This document shows positions 1 to 10,066 of a DNA stretch of 62,692 bases, one piece after another. The translations under genes were made by a program, and so were the position numbers. The DNA is from Candidatus Paenalcaligenes intestinipullorum. Lineage in GTDB: Bacteria > Pseudomonadota > Gammaproteobacteria > Burkholderiales > Burkholderiaceae_B. The notes under the pieces are model-generated. The model did not search any database, was not told where the DNA came from, and saw nothing but the letters and a program-made list of their open reading frames with translations. The DNA lies in assembly GCA_019120675.1 (NCBI GenBank), contig DWUQ01000152.1:1-62692 (forward strand). Reading direction: 5' to 3'. How positions within the stretch are numbered: the stretch's first letter is position 1; the number at the start of each line of letters is the position of its first letter.

Positions 1-379
1 TGGGCATATAAGCAATCACACAGCCGATCAACACACCAATTAGTAAGCACACACAGATAAAGCCCAATAACGAGGTGGCCACTTCGTTCACGACGATGGG
101 GTTTTTGAAAAGATAGAAAATCCCCCATAAGCCAGCGCCCACGGCAATACCAATAATAGCCGACCAAATATGGCTGGTAACGGCAATATGCCCCATTTGA
201 GTAAATTCAGTTTGAAGCTTTACGTCTAACTGTGGGTCGTCAGGCTCAATCAAGGCCACTCGTTTGGAGTCACCTCCGAAAATTTGTTCAGTGACGTGTT
301 TTTGCACTTCTTCAGCCTGCTTAAGACTAGAAAAAACAGCCATGGTTTTACGCGAAGCGCGTGGGCGAGTAGCACTCAT
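1..379 (-). CDS. Hypothetical membrane protein, 3' end outside the window
   Basis: Read by hand. ATG at 379 follows a GGGAGG RBS and the frame stays open to the window edge (MSATRPRASRK...HIWSAIIGIAVGAGLWGIFYLF...LLGFICVCLLIGVLIGCVIAYMP), with two hydrophobic segments. Confidence 0.7.
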   Translation of the reverse strand, partial: MSATRPRASRKTMAVFSSLKQAEEVQKHVTEQIFGGDSKRVALIEPDDPQLDVKLQTEFTQMGHIAVTSHIWSAIIGIAVGAGLWGIFYLFKNPIVVNEVATSLLGFICVCLLIGVLIGCVIAYMP

Positions 380-459
380 TAAGATACCTCCCGTAAGGTT
401 TTGTTACGCTACCTTATTGTAATTGCTCATAATTCCCTTTATGAGCAGTTAATTAAAGT

Positions 460-1260
460 TTAGCAGAAATTATTCAGGAGACGCTGCTTGAGTTCGAAGA
501 GTTTGATTTCACTCAAGCCCAATCTCTGTTCACTAAAGGTCCGCACGGATCCGTACTGTTGACGCAACTGCTTAAAACTAGCTTCTAGGTATTGAGCCGA
601 TACCCCCCAGAGTATTTTCATGCAAGCTAAATCAACCCCCTTTTCGGGTTGGAGTACAGGGTGGTAATGCGCTTGGGTCAGTAGGTAGTCTTCGAGAATG
701 TCATCATGGTGTACACCCAGTGCATCCAGTAATAACGCTACGGCAAAACCCGTTCGATCTTTGCCGGCGGTGCAATGCAATACAGTCGGTTCAGTATGAG
801 TGCATAAATGTTCAAACACATGCTGAAATTGAGAAATGTGGTCCGTATAAAAGCTGGTATACATGGCCTGCATGTACGCGTGGGCTTGGTCAGTGGTGAT
901 CTCGCCCTGCTCAACAACCATCGAGTCAACAAGCTGGGCAACCACTGGCTCGATGCTGCACGCTTGGCGTGTAATAAAATCAAAATCGTAAGGGCGTTTC
1001 TTACATTCACGTGCGCCACGTAAATCAATACTACGCTGCACACCTAAGTGCTGTAAGGTTTGTTGATCGGTGGAATCCAGATCAGCTAGATGAGCAGAGC
1101 GATACACCTGTCCCCATTTAATGGCGCCCTCTGGCGTTGAGTACCCACCTAAGTCCCGAAAGTTACTTGTGCCATTTAAAGCAATAACGCGTTGATGGCG
1201 AACGTCTTTAAGGTTAAGGCTAGAAGTCGATACGTTAGATTGAGGCAAACTGGCTGACAT
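460..1260 (-). CDS. Tyrosine-protein phosphatase (Y_phosphatase3 / IphP-like)
   Basis: NFRDLGGY N-terminal motif, DLR motif, catalytic P-loop HCTAGKDRTG, and DYLLT. Confidence 0.9.
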   Translation of the reverse strand: MSASLPQSNVSTSSLNLKDVRHQRVIALNGTSNFRDLGGYSTPEGAIKWGQVYRSAHLADLDSTDQQTLQHLGVQRSIDLRGARECKKRPYDFDFITRQACSIEPVVAQLVDSMVVEQGEITTDQAHAYMQAMYTSFYTDHISQFQHVFEHLCTHTEPTVLHCTAGKDRTGFAVALLLDALGVHHDDILEDYLLTQAHYHPVLQPEKGVDLACMKILWGVSAQYLEASFKQLRQQYGSVRTFSEQRLGLSEIKLFELKQRLLNNFC

Positions 1261-1502
1261 CGTTACAGGTTCCTATCTATTTGGCTATGTCTTACAACTA
1301 CTCTGCCCTAGACAACGTTGTTGAGTAGAGTAAACATCATAGTAGAGCGTGGCAGTATACCGTTTTAACATGACAGTATTGATATGCCCGGCTGCCGCCC
1401 TATGGCGCTTTACGACCTTGGCGACCAAGTAGTGTGCTTTTTATTGTTGGTATGGTGGCTTGGGCAGTTTTGTATGGGATGGGTGACGTATCGTTCTAGT
1501 CA

Positions 1503-2219
1503 TCAGTCCATTGTCGTGGTGTAATCAAGTTGCTCCACCACCGCTTTGATGCGAACCAAGTTGCCTTCTTGGTGCTCCAGCTGTACAAGTAAATAATCCA
1601 GCTCTGGTGCAACATACAGGCGGGTTTGTCGCTTAGTAGAGCTGCGTTCTCGTTCGATCACCAGCGTTTTAAGCGGGCCAAGCCCTGTATCAATCGTGAC
1701 CTCATCGACCACACGATAGCGATGAACTTTAGGCTCGCCTTTGTGCAAAATGAGAAAGCTAAAGGAGGTGGCACCGTCCATCAACTCGCAGCGCGCTTCA
1801 AAAAAGAAGCTTAACGGGTCGTAGAGTTTCTCTTTCAAGCTAAACCGCTCAGTATGTTTGTCGCGAGTTAAAGCCGCTTCGTGAGTAGACCAGCTGAAGC
1901 GTATTTCTTCTTGTTTGGTGCTTTGCAAGGGGCGCTTGGTTTGCGATTGGTAGTACTCAGGTTGCACAGCGCATTGGTGGGGCGGTTGAGTAAATCGCGC
2001 ACGTTGACGTATGGTAGACATCCAGTGCTCGAAGTTGAACTCTACCTCGTACTGCCCAGCCTGCTGCTGAATGCGTAATAGGTTTTCCCCTTGGGCGGCT
2101 TTATTGTTGTAGTAAAGCTGAAAGCGAGCATCGACTTTATCTAATGTTGCGGCATGGCCTAAGCTAACGCTAAGGCCATAGCCAATCAGCCACACAAAAA
2201 TCAATAACCAGCGAGCCAT
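1503..2219 (-). CDS. DUF3108-family exported protein
   Basis: Signal peptide; LYDPLSFFF, TGLGPLKTLVIER and TRLYVAPELDYLLVQL patterns typical of DUF3108. Confidence 0.7.
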   Translation of the reverse strand: MARWLLIFVWLIGYGLSVSLGHAATLDKVDARFQLYYNNKAAQGENLLRIQQQAGQYEVEFNFEHWMSTIRQRARFTQPPHQCAVQPEYYQSQTKRPLQSTKQEEIRFSWSTHEAALTRDKHTERFSLKEKLYDPLSFFFEARCELMDGATSFSFLILHKGEPKVHRYRVVDEVTIDTGLGPLKTLVIERERSSTKRQTRLYVAPELDYLLVQLEHQEGNLVRIKAVVEQLDYTTTMD

Positions 2220-2481
2220 ACCTATTCCATTTCAATGTAGAAATCTTGAGCTTAACAAAATTTAAACAATAAAAAGCGTTACAAATAGCCGTTCAGTTTA
2301 AGTGATTTATCAAGATGTAGTGTTTTGTGTTTTTTATTATCAAGCATGACTTAAAAAGACCCACTGAAGCCCTAAAAAGACACGCTGAAGCGCTAAATCA
2401 TGACATGAAACCCACTTCCTTAAGGATTAGTACCGTGGTAGCGAGTCATTTAGTGCAAAACTTAGAAATTCAGCAAGTTTT

Positions 2482-2658
2482 GTGCGGCCTAGGACTCAAA
2501 GCTTTGAAACATCTTTCCTTCGGTTAACCGTTAGTATAGAAATGCTTGTCATTAACTTACAATTGCACCGTCAGCATCACACTGAAAAATACCTAGACCC
2601 TAGTCTAGAAGCCACATTGTTTGCTTACAACTGGCCAGGTAATGTACGAGAGCTCCAC
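2482..2658 (+). pseudogene. Remnant of a sigma-54-dependent enhancer-binding protein (end of the AAA+ domain)
   Basis: Encodes ...LHRQHHTEKYLDPSLEATLFAYNWPGNVREL, the bEBP sensor-II signature. No Walker A, GAFTGA or HTH; similarity stops right after REL. Confidence 0.75.
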
Positions 2659-2833
2659 TTCTATTTCCTCTTCGTCTTCGCACATTGCTTCCAAAAAAGG
2701 ATTTTGATGCAATTGTTGTTGTACCAGCTGTTGCAGAGATGGGGCGGCTAGCTGCAAGATGTAATTAGACTGTTGCAGTCTAGGGGATAGGCTTTGTTGG
2801 GTAAGGGCTTTTTGCTTAGTTCACGTATGCCAT
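2605..2833 (-). pseudogene. rpoN: Remnant of the sigma-54 (RpoN) N-terminus, frameshifted and truncated
   Basis: Minus-strand translation KQKALTQQSLSPRLQQSNYILQLAAPSLQQLVQQQLHQNPFLEAMCEDEEEI resembles RpoN region I (TPQLQQSIRLLQL...NPLLE) plus the acidic linker. The ATG at 2833 is out of frame; TAG at 2605-2607. Confidence 0.7.
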
Positions 2834-2897
2834 TACGCTTATGCGCCTACCGAACAAGTCGCTGCATGAGCGAATGCCACTTCTTAAGGAGAAGGTG

Positions 2898-3455
2898 ATG
2901 TCTTTAATACGATCCATAGCCACTACCACCGTTTTAACTCTAAGTTTAGGAGGATTAGTTATGAGCAACAGTATGGCAGCAGATCTTTCATCCCAAGATA
3001 AATCCTTTATGGAAAAAGCAGGGGAGGCCGGGCATTATGAGCTTGAGGCGGCCGCCATGGCGCTATCCAAAAGCAAGGATAAGCAAGTGCAGGACTTTGC
3101 TCGCATGATGGAGAAGGAGCACAAGCAATTATCACAAGAGCTGGGTGACTTAGCTCGTGAGCGTGAGTTTGTTTTGCCAGATGCCCCGAGCCTAGGCCAG
3201 AATGCTAAGCTTTTATTACTTAAAGGCAAAGAAGGGATACAGTTTGACGTGTCCTATGCAGAAACGCTCGGTATCGATGCCCACCATGAGGCGATTGAGC
3301 TCTTCCAAGAGCAAGCTGAAAAAGGGGATGATGATGAAATCCGTGGTTTTGCCCAAGACAGCTTAGCCATACTCAAGCAGCATTTACAACATGCCGAATT
3401 GCTTAAACAGCATTTGGACCAAGCCACTGCCAAACATGATACCAGTAAGGAATAA
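2898..3455 (+). CDS. DUF4142-family (ferritin-like) exported protein
   Basis: AAGGAG RBS before ATG 2898; signal peptide; DxxFM.KA..AGxxE, VQDFARMM..EH, FD.SY, H.EAIELF and L.QHLQHA patterns. Confidence 0.85.
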   Translation: MSLIRSIATTTVLTLSLGGLVMSNSMAADLSSQDKSFMEKAGEAGHYELEAAAMALSKSKDKQVQDFARMMEKEHKQLSQELGDLAREREFVLPDAPSLGQNAKLLLLKGKEGIQFDVSYAETLGIDAHHEAIELFQEQAEKGDDDEIRGFAQDSLAILKQHLQHAELLKQHLDQATAKHDTSKE

Positions 3456-3586
3456 ACTCTGATTTAATAGCTGATTAGACTGCGTTACCGTGTTCTATCG
3501 CCCTAATAACCCATATCATCACAAGATGGGCCCTATTAGGGCGATGCTACGTACACTGGTTATTTACCCACTACTCGGAGTAAAGC

Positions 3587-4540
3587 ATGGCTACAGCCGC
3601 TGTTCAATCCTCATCTACACGTAAAAGTTGGTTGCTGCCATTATTGTATTTACTTGGCGGGGGTGCACTCCTAGGCCTTTCTACGAATCTTGCTAAGCTT
3701 GCAGGGGAAACAGGTCTTTCCCCTGTGATCTTTTTAGGTGGAGCCACCTTAGGTGCATCGTTGATTCTTTTTGTGGTGGCCGCTTTAAAACGTGTTTGGC
3801 CGCCTTGTACGCGGCGCAGTATTGAGTATTACTTTGTTTCGGCGGCAGTTGGGGTGGTCATCCCCAATTTGATTTTTTTCTCTGCTGTCACGGAAGTGGG
3901 CGCAGGTTTTGTAGCACTTGTGATCGCACTACCCCCGTTGCTCACCTATATTGGTGCTTTAACCCTACGTATGGAACGCTTCCAGTGGCTACGTGCGCTG
4001 GGAGTATTGGCCGCCTTAGGTGGTGCTGGCGTACTGGCCGTACATAAACTCTCGGCTCCGCAAGCCGATATCGCTTGGGTCTTGTTGACCTTGCTGGGGC
4101 CAGCGGCGTTGGCGATTGGGAATGTTTATCGCACGGCTCGTTGGCCCGCGGGGGCCAGCGCCGATGCGCTTGCACCAGGTATGTTATTGGCGGCCACGGT
4201 GCTGTTGGTCGCGATTGGCTTTTTGCCTCGTACGCCTTTGGATATCCCGCAGCAGGACCAAGGGTTCGTGTATGGTCTAATAGCCCTACAATCCGTGGTG
4301 TTTGCAGGTATGTTTTTTTTGTTGTTCTTGTTGCAAAAAACAGGCGGGCCGGTGTTGATTAGTTTGTTGGGTGCCGTAGGCGCTGTGGTCGGAGTGCCAG
4401 TAGCCATATTTTTGCAAGGGGAGGCGGCACCGCAAGGCTTGGCTGTAGGGGCTGGGTTGATAGCGCTTGGCGTCGCTATGTTGACACTGGGCCAGCAGCA
4501 GGAATCTAAGACTAAGATGGCGACGCGGCCTCGGGCTTAA
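3587..4540 (+). CDS. DMT/EamA-family transporter
   Basis: About 10 hydrophobic helices in a duplicated EamA-like arrangement; GGAG RBS. Confidence 0.85.
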   Translation: MATAAVQSSSTRKSWLLPLLYLLGGGALLGLSTNLAKLAGETGLSPVIFLGGATLGASLILFVVAALKRVWPPCTRRSIEYYFVSAAVGVVIPNLIFFSAVTEVGAGFVALVIALPPLLTYIGALTLRMERFQWLRALGVLAALGGAGVLAVHKLSAPQADIAWVLLTLLGPAALAIGNVYRTARWPAGASADALAPGMLLAATVLLVAIGFLPRTPLDIPQQDQGFVYGLIALQSVVFAGMFFLLFLLQKTGGPVLISLLGAVGAVVGVPVAIFLQGEAAPQGLAVGAGLIALGVAMLTLGQQQESKTKMATRPRA

Positions 4541-4751
4541 TAAACGATACCAACAAGCTTTTCGCTAATTCGGCTTGCTCTTCGGCTACCATCAGCATTT
4601 GAGTGTTGAGGCTTGTGGAGACTGGGCCCGGGTACAGTGTGCTAAAACCGCCGCCTTGTATGAAAAACTCAATCTCATATGCCTTCATAATGGAGCGAAT
4701 GACAGACGCCTCCGACTCGGTTTGTGGGGCATAAATAGGCACCATGTTCAT
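4512..4751 (-). CDS. DUF2007-family small protein (putative signal-transducing protein)
   Basis: EASVIRSIMKAYEIEFFIQG...LMVAEEQAELAKSLL pattern; AAGGA RBS. Confidence 0.7.
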   Translation of the reverse strand: MNMVPIYAPQTESEASVIRSIMKAYEIEFFIQGGGFSTLYPGPVSTSLNTQMLMVAEEQAELAKSLLVSFIKPEAASPS

Positions 4752-5115
4752 AAGAATTCCTTTTGGGTAGAGGCTAACAACTATAGTGTAGACAAGAAAG
4801 AGACCATTAGGCAGGGAAACAACCTAGGGATTAGCCTAGGTTTTGTAGTACTCGTATCAATGCATTCGTGCCTCTTTGGGTTTTTATTTAGCCAAAGAGA
4901 AGTCATCCATTCCTTGTAATGGGTTTGTTTATTTAAAATGTAAGTGTTTTTTCTAGGTTGTGAGGAATTGATATAGTTTGTGAGGCGTTTGTAAGGTAGA
5001 GTAAATGGAAAGCATCACTGATTTTTTATTAGTGAGGCTTGATATTCTGTGGTCGATGGTTTGTAGTAAATAGTAGTTTTTGGTTAATTATTATTGTTGC
5101 TAGGAGCTTTGCCCG

Positions 5116-6513
5116 ATGAGTAAAAAAACCTTCCATGTCATCCCTAACGCTCAAGACGATATTTACGCCTCTTTGGAGCTCTCCAAGATTTTGCCTAAAA
5201 CAAAATTCCCAGAGTCTGAGTGTAATCCTCGTAACGTATTTAGCGCTATTCGCGATGAGCTAATGCTTGATGGCAACTCTCGACAAAATTTAGCTACCTT
5301 TTGCCAAACGTGGGTCGATGATGAAATACGTGAATTAATGGATTTATCCATTGATAAAAACATGATCGACAAGGATGAGTATCCACAAACAGCAGAAATC
5401 GAAAATCGTTGCGTCCGCATGCTTGCTGATTTATGGCATTCTCCTGACGCTGAAAACACCCTAGGATGCTCAACGATCGGCTCTTCTGAGGCGGCTATGC
5501 TCGGTGGTTTAGCCTTAAAGTGGCAATGGCGTAAAAAGCAACAAGCCCAAGGGAAACCCACAGATAAGCCCAATTTGATTTGCGGCCCTGTACAGATATG
5601 TTGGCATAAATTCGCGCGTTATTTTGATGTGGAGCTACGGGAGATTCCGCTGGAGGGTGATCGCCTCATCATGACCCCCGAAGAGGTATTGAAGCGCGTA
5701 GATGAAAATACGATTGGGGTGGTGCCAACCTTAGGGGTGACTTTCACATGCCAATATGAGCCGGTCAAAGCAGTTCATGATGCCTTGGATAAGCTTTTTG
5801 AAGAAAAAGGTCTCGACATTCCTATCCATGTGGATGGAGCGAGCGGTGGTTTCTTAGCTCCATTCTGCGCGCCTGACTTAGAGTGGGATTTCCGTTTGCC
5901 CCGAGTTAAATCCATTAATACCTCAGGGCATAAATTTGGTTTGGCTCCCTTAGGAGTAGGCTGGGTAGTATGGCGTGAGGCCAAAGACTTGCCCGAGGAG
6001 CTGATTTTTAATGTGAATTACCTCGGTGGAAACATGCCCACCTTCGCGTTGAACTTCTCTCGACCCGGTGGGCAGATTATTGCTCAATATTACAACCTCC
6101 TACGCCTAGGACGTGAGGGCTACACCAAAATCCATAGCGCTTGCTATGCTACGGCGCAGTACTTAGCGCGTGAAATAGAAAAACTAGGTCCGTTTGAAAT
6201 GCTTTTCGATGGCGATGCAGCATCGGGTATCCCTGCGTTAGCGTGGAAGCTTAAAGACGGAGTGCAAGCGAATTATTCTTTGTACGATTTAGCGGATAAG
6301 CTTCGCAGTCGTGGGTGGCAGGTTCCCGCCTACTCTATGCCAGCCAATCGTGAAGATCTAGTGATTCAACGCATTTTGGTGCGTCATGGTGTCAGCTTAG
6401 ACTTAGCTTCACTACTGGTTGAGGATTTTAAACGCGCAATTGCTTATTTTGATCAGCATCCCGTGCAAAGGCCTATGTCTGAGGCAGACGGCGGAGGCTT
6501 CAGTCATACCTAA
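5116..6513 (+). CDS. gadB: Glutamate decarboxylase
   Basis: [32 protein letters not shown] lysine in SGHKFGL, and C-terminal ...FSHT. Confidence 0.97.
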   Translation: MSKKTFHVIPNAQDDIYASLELSKILPKTKFPESECNPRNVFSAIRDELMLDGNSRQNLATFCQTWVDDEIRELMDLSIDKNMIDKDEYPQTAEIENRCVRMLADLWHSPDAENTLGCSTIGSSEAAMLGGLALKWQWRKKQQAQGKPTDKPNLICGPVQICWHKFARYFDVELREIPLEGDRLIMTPEEVLKRVDENTIGVVPTLGVTFTCQYEPVKAVHDALDKLFEEKGLDIPIHVDGASGGFLAPFCAPDLEWDFRLPRVKSINTSGHKFGLAPLGVGWVVWREAKDLPEELIFNVNYLGGNMPTFALNFSRPGGQIIAQYYNLLRLGREGYTKIHSACYATAQYLAREIEKLGPFEMLFDGDAASGIPALAWKLKDGVQANYSLYDLADKLRSRGWQVPAYSMPANREDLVIQRILVRHGVSLDLASLLVEDFKRAIAYFDQHPVQRPMSEADGGGFSHT

Positions 6514-6550
6514 TTAATCTCTTTTTAAATTTCTTAATTAGGAGATTGTT

Positions 6551-8164
6551 ATGGCTGTTACCTCAACCTCAACGCCTAAAAACCTAAGCTTATTAGGCTT
6601 TTTCGCCATCACCGCTTCAATGGTGATGGCGGTATATGAGTACCCCACGTTTGCGACCTCTGGCTTTAGCCTAGTATTTTTCTTGCTCTTGGGCGGGTTA
6701 TTGTGGTTTATACCCGTAGCCCTTTGTGCGGCAGAAATGGCAACAGTCGAAGGATGGGAGGAAGGGGGGGTCTTTGCATGGGTATCAAACACACTCGGAG
6801 AGCGGTGGGGATTTGCAGCAATTTCCTTTGGCTATTTGCAAATTGCTATCGGTTTTATTCCCATGCTGTACTTTGTGCTGGGGGCCTTGTCTTATATCCT
6901 GAATTGGCCGGCTTTAAATACTGATCCTGCAACGAAAACCATTGCCGCACTGGTGATCTTGTGGGCCTTAGCCTTTAGCCAGTTTGGCGGTACGAAGTAT
7001 ACGGCTACTATTGCTAAGGTCGGTTTTTTCTTGGGTATTTTGCTTCCTGCTCTTGTCTTGGTGGGGCTAGCGATTGCCTACCTTAAAGGCGGCTCGCCCT
7101 TAGCGATTGAGATGAATCTCAATACATTTATTCCTGACTTTACCCAAATTGGTACGCTCGTTGTTTTTGTGGCGTTTATTCTGAGTTATATGGGTGTGGA
7201 GGCGTCTGCGACCCATGTCAATGAGATGAAAAATCCTGGGCGGGATTATCCATTGGCTATGTTTCTGCTCATGGCGGCAGCCATTGGCTTAAGCTCGATC
7301 GAGGGCTTGTCCGTGGCGTCAGTGGTTCCTCATGGCGAGATCAATCTTTCAGCAGGGGTGGTGCAAACGTTTGAACGGCTATTGCTGCATTTTGACCCAA
7401 CCATTCAATGGGCGGTTCGTATCATTGCCGCACTATTGATGCTGGGTGTTTTGGCAGAAATTGCCTCATGGATCGTGGGGCCTTCTCGTGGGATGTATGT
7501 GGCAGCACAAAAGGGTATTTTGCCTAAAGCCTTTTCCAAGGTAAATAAAAACTCTGTGCCGGTGGTACTAGTGATCTCGCAGCTCGTCATCACAACGATT
7601 GCTTTGGTTGTGCTGACCAATAGCGGAGGCGGAGGTAATATGTCCTTTTTAATTGCCTTAGGTTTAACAGTGGTTATTTACCTGTGCAGCTACTTTATGT
7701 TGTTTTTGGCGTACTTGCATTTGGTGAATAAGCAAGCGGATAAAAAGCGAGTATTTAACATACCAGGTGGTCCAGTTGTTAAAAGACTCGTGGCGATCGT
7801 CGGTTTGCTAGTGTCGATTATGGCTTTTGTGGTTTCTTTCTTTCCGCCAAGTGGCTTGCCAGGAGGGGAAAGTAACGAAAGCTATGTCTTGCTGCTTAGT
7901 GGAAGCTTTATCGTGATCTTCCTGTTGCCGTTTGTGATTTATGCGGTGCATAGCAAACATGGCAAAGAAACCGGCATGGAAATGGTGCCTGTTAAAACCC
8001 ACAACACGCATTCTGACCATTTCTTTATTCATCCGCGAGCACGGTCGTGGTTTCATTTGCGGCCTAAATCAGGGGTGAACGCCAATACGCCTCAAGCAGC
8101 ACCTACACAAGCCTCAGCTGCTGTGGAGGCGCCAATCACCTCTAAGGATTCAGCGCCCTCATAG
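6551..8164 (+). CDS. gadC: Glutamate/GABA antiporter
   Basis: [34 protein letters not shown] and the C-plug [10 protein letters not shown]; directly follows gadB. Confidence 0.96.
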   Translation: MAVTSTSTPKNLSLLGFFAITASMVMAVYEYPTFATSGFSLVFFLLLGGLLWFIPVALCAAEMATVEGWEEGGVFAWVSNTLGERWGFAAISFGYLQIAIGFIPMLYFVLGALSYILNWPALNTDPATKTIAALVILWALAFSQFGGTKYTATIAKVGFFLGILLPALVLVGLAIAYLKGGSPLAIEMNLNTFIPDFTQIGTLVVFVAFILSYMGVEASATHVNEMKNPGRDYPLAMFLLMAAAIGLSSIEGLSVASVVPHGEINLSAGVVQTFERLLLHFDPTIQWAVRIIAALLMLGVLAEIASWIVGPSRGMYVAAQKGILPKAFSKVNKNSVPVVLVISQLVITTIALVVLTNSGGGGNMSFLIALGLTVVIYLCSYFMLFLAYLHLVNKQADKKRVFNIPGGPVVKRLVAIVGLLVSIMAFVVSFFPPSGLPGGESNESYVLLLSGSFIVIFLLPFVIYAVHSKHGKETGMEMVPVKTHNTHSDHFFIHPRARSWFHLRPKSGVNANTPQAAPTQASAAVEAPITSKDSAPS

Positions 8165-8193
8165 CGCGTTCATAACCAGTTGTCTTCGTAGGG

Positions 8194-8229
8194 CTGCCCT
8201 ATCGATGTTTATCGTTAGGGCAGTTTTTT
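8194..8229 (+). terminator. Intrinsic terminator of gadBC
   Basis: CTGCCCTA...TAGGGCAG hairpin followed by T6. Confidence 0.75.
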
Positions 8230-8357
8230 GTGGACATATCGTCAAAAATGCCGTCTTAAAAATGACGGGTACTGTGAAGCCAGACGAGATAACAGCTTGT
8301 TAACGGTGCTGTAAATAACACCGTTATATCTGTTTCAGAAAGATGATTGCGTAACCG

Positions 8358-9449
8358 TTAGGCTGTTGTGGGCAGCGGGAGTTTTTGCTTAGTGTGTTGG
8401 TATAAGACGTGCAATAACATAGGGATGGCAATGCCTAGTCCTATGTAAATGGGCCAGGTGAATTGGCTGTAATAATGGTTTAGGGCTTTGGTGTTATGCA
8501 AGTCCCACAGTCCCAGCCACGAAAATACAATATCCAATAGCACGAAAGCCAGTATGTGATACGACATAATGGGTTTAGATTGTTGGCCTATGCGTCTCAA
8601 GAGGGGGATGTGCTCGTAGTGCGCAATGATTTTTGCTACCGAAAATACCGCTACTATGCCGGCTAATGCTGTGAGTGTTTGGTACGCAAAACCCAGGGGG
8701 TATTTGCTCCAAGCAATCACCATAGGTTCCAGCACATTGTATTGAGACATCACATAGATCACGACAAAAGCGGTCACAAAACCGTATACGCCACTGTGTT
8801 TCATAATCAGGTTTTTGCCTGCATAGCCTAGCAGGAAGAATGAAGCGCCTACTAATATCTGCGCCAGTAGATTGAGATAAAACAGCGTAGAGGCTTGGTA
8901 GAGCTGTGCCACATAGTCCATACCGGCATAGCCCATCAGCAGTGCTGTGATTAACACAGCGGCTTGTCGCCGAACTGGTGAACTGAGTAGCCTAGTGAGC
9001 AGGCTGATGGCAATGAAACAGAGTAGTGACACGATAGCGTAGGCAAATAAGAACCAGCCTACAAAGAAATAGCTACCGCCGTGAAAACCTTGCTCTATGG
9101 GATAGAGTATGGAGTCCAGCACCGTACCACGCCACATACTGGTATAAGCAATAGGGTAAAGCTGGTGCAGCATGGCGAAGATCAGGGCTAGCAGTAGGTA
9201 CACCACCACAATGTACGAGAGGTGTTTTTTGATGAGGTTAACGGAGTGTGATAGCAGGCTTCTGCGGGTATTGAACAGCACACCGCCCAAAAAGAAAAAC
9301 AGCGGCATATGGTAGACATAGGGCTTTAACAACACAAAGGGGTCGCCCGGGTAGTGACCGATCACAACGCTAATAATGCCTAGCGCTTTGACATAGTCCA
9401 ACATCAACGACTCTTTTTTCTTCAACTCCGGTCCCGACAACTGACTCAC
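8358..9449 (-). CDS. Acyltransferase family 3 (membrane O-acyltransferase)
   Basis: LDYVKALGIISVVIGH, YHMPLFFFLGG and IGQQS...YHIL motifs; about 10 TM helices. Confidence 0.88.
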   Translation of the reverse strand: MSQLSGPELKKKESLMLDYVKALGIISVVIGHYPGDPFVLLKPYVYHMPLFFFLGGVLFNTRRSLLSHSVNLIKKHLSYIVVVYLLLALIFAMLHQLYPIAYTSMWRGTVLDSILYPIEQGFHGGSYFFVGWFLFAYAIVSLLCFIAISLLTRLLSSPVRRQAAVLITALLMGYAGMDYVAQLYQASTLFYLNLLAQILVGASFFLLGYAGKNLIMKHSGVYGFVTAFVVIYVMSQYNVLEPMVIAWSKYPLGFAYQTLTALAGIVAVFSVAKIIAHYEHIPLLRRIGQQSKPIMSYHILAFVLLDIVFSWLGLWDLHNTKALNHYYSQFTWPIYIGLGIAIPMLLHVLYQHTKQKLPLPTTA

Positions 9450-9506
9450 CTTTTTGCTGCGTGCTTGATAACACGGTAACAGCAGGGCACCGCTAAGTAA
9501 AATGAT

Positions 9507-9800
9507 CTAAGGTCTTGTGACAAGTTCTTGGTGTGTATCCACAATCGCACCCGTTAGCTTATGAATTTGCAAGGCTACATGCAGTTCTAGCATGCGGCTG
9601 CTATGGCGCCAAGGGCCTAGCAACGTATCGATTTTTTCTAGTCGTTGTCGCAGAGTGTTAATGTGTATGTATAGTGCATGGGCGGCTGATTTTAGGTTCT
9701 GGCTGTGATCTAAGTAGGTCAGTAGCGTGTCACAAAACAGGCTATCTTTTGCGTGATCCTGCTGTAGAAGTGGACCCAAGTGAGCGTGGATAAACGCCAT
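9507..9800 (-). pseudogene. PucR/CdaR-family regulator, C-terminal HTH only
   Basis: LGPLLQQD...TLLTYLD...NLKSAAHALYIHINTLRQRLEKI is the PucR C-terminal HTH. The frame closes about 30 codons upstream and the N-terminal domains are absent. Confidence 0.75.
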
Positions 9801-10066
9801 AATTTCACCGTGATCGCGAAGAGGCTCATCAGCGTGTGAACAGAAAAAGCGCTTGCGAGGTTTTGCTTGGGATGAGGGCAGATGTTGTTATCGCGGCCAC
9901 AGAAGAGTCGCTTGACGCACGTCTGAAGACGCGGAAGCGTTTAAACTCTAGGTTCTACGTAATGAGTGTTCCACACGATGTGGGTTTGGTTGAAGCCATG
10001 GATGCGGGTGGCCACCTGAGAACACAGAGGCTTATGCAAATGAGTGCACGGGCTCACTATAATGCA

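Noticed and set aside
2840-2897. Possible sigma-54 -24/-12 promoter for the DUF4142 gene
   Set aside because: No GG-N10-GC with correct spacing was found.
4575-4919. 114-aa plus-strand ORF upstream of gadB
   Set aside because: It overlaps the DUF2007 gene on the opposite strand, starts with TTG and has no recognisable motif.
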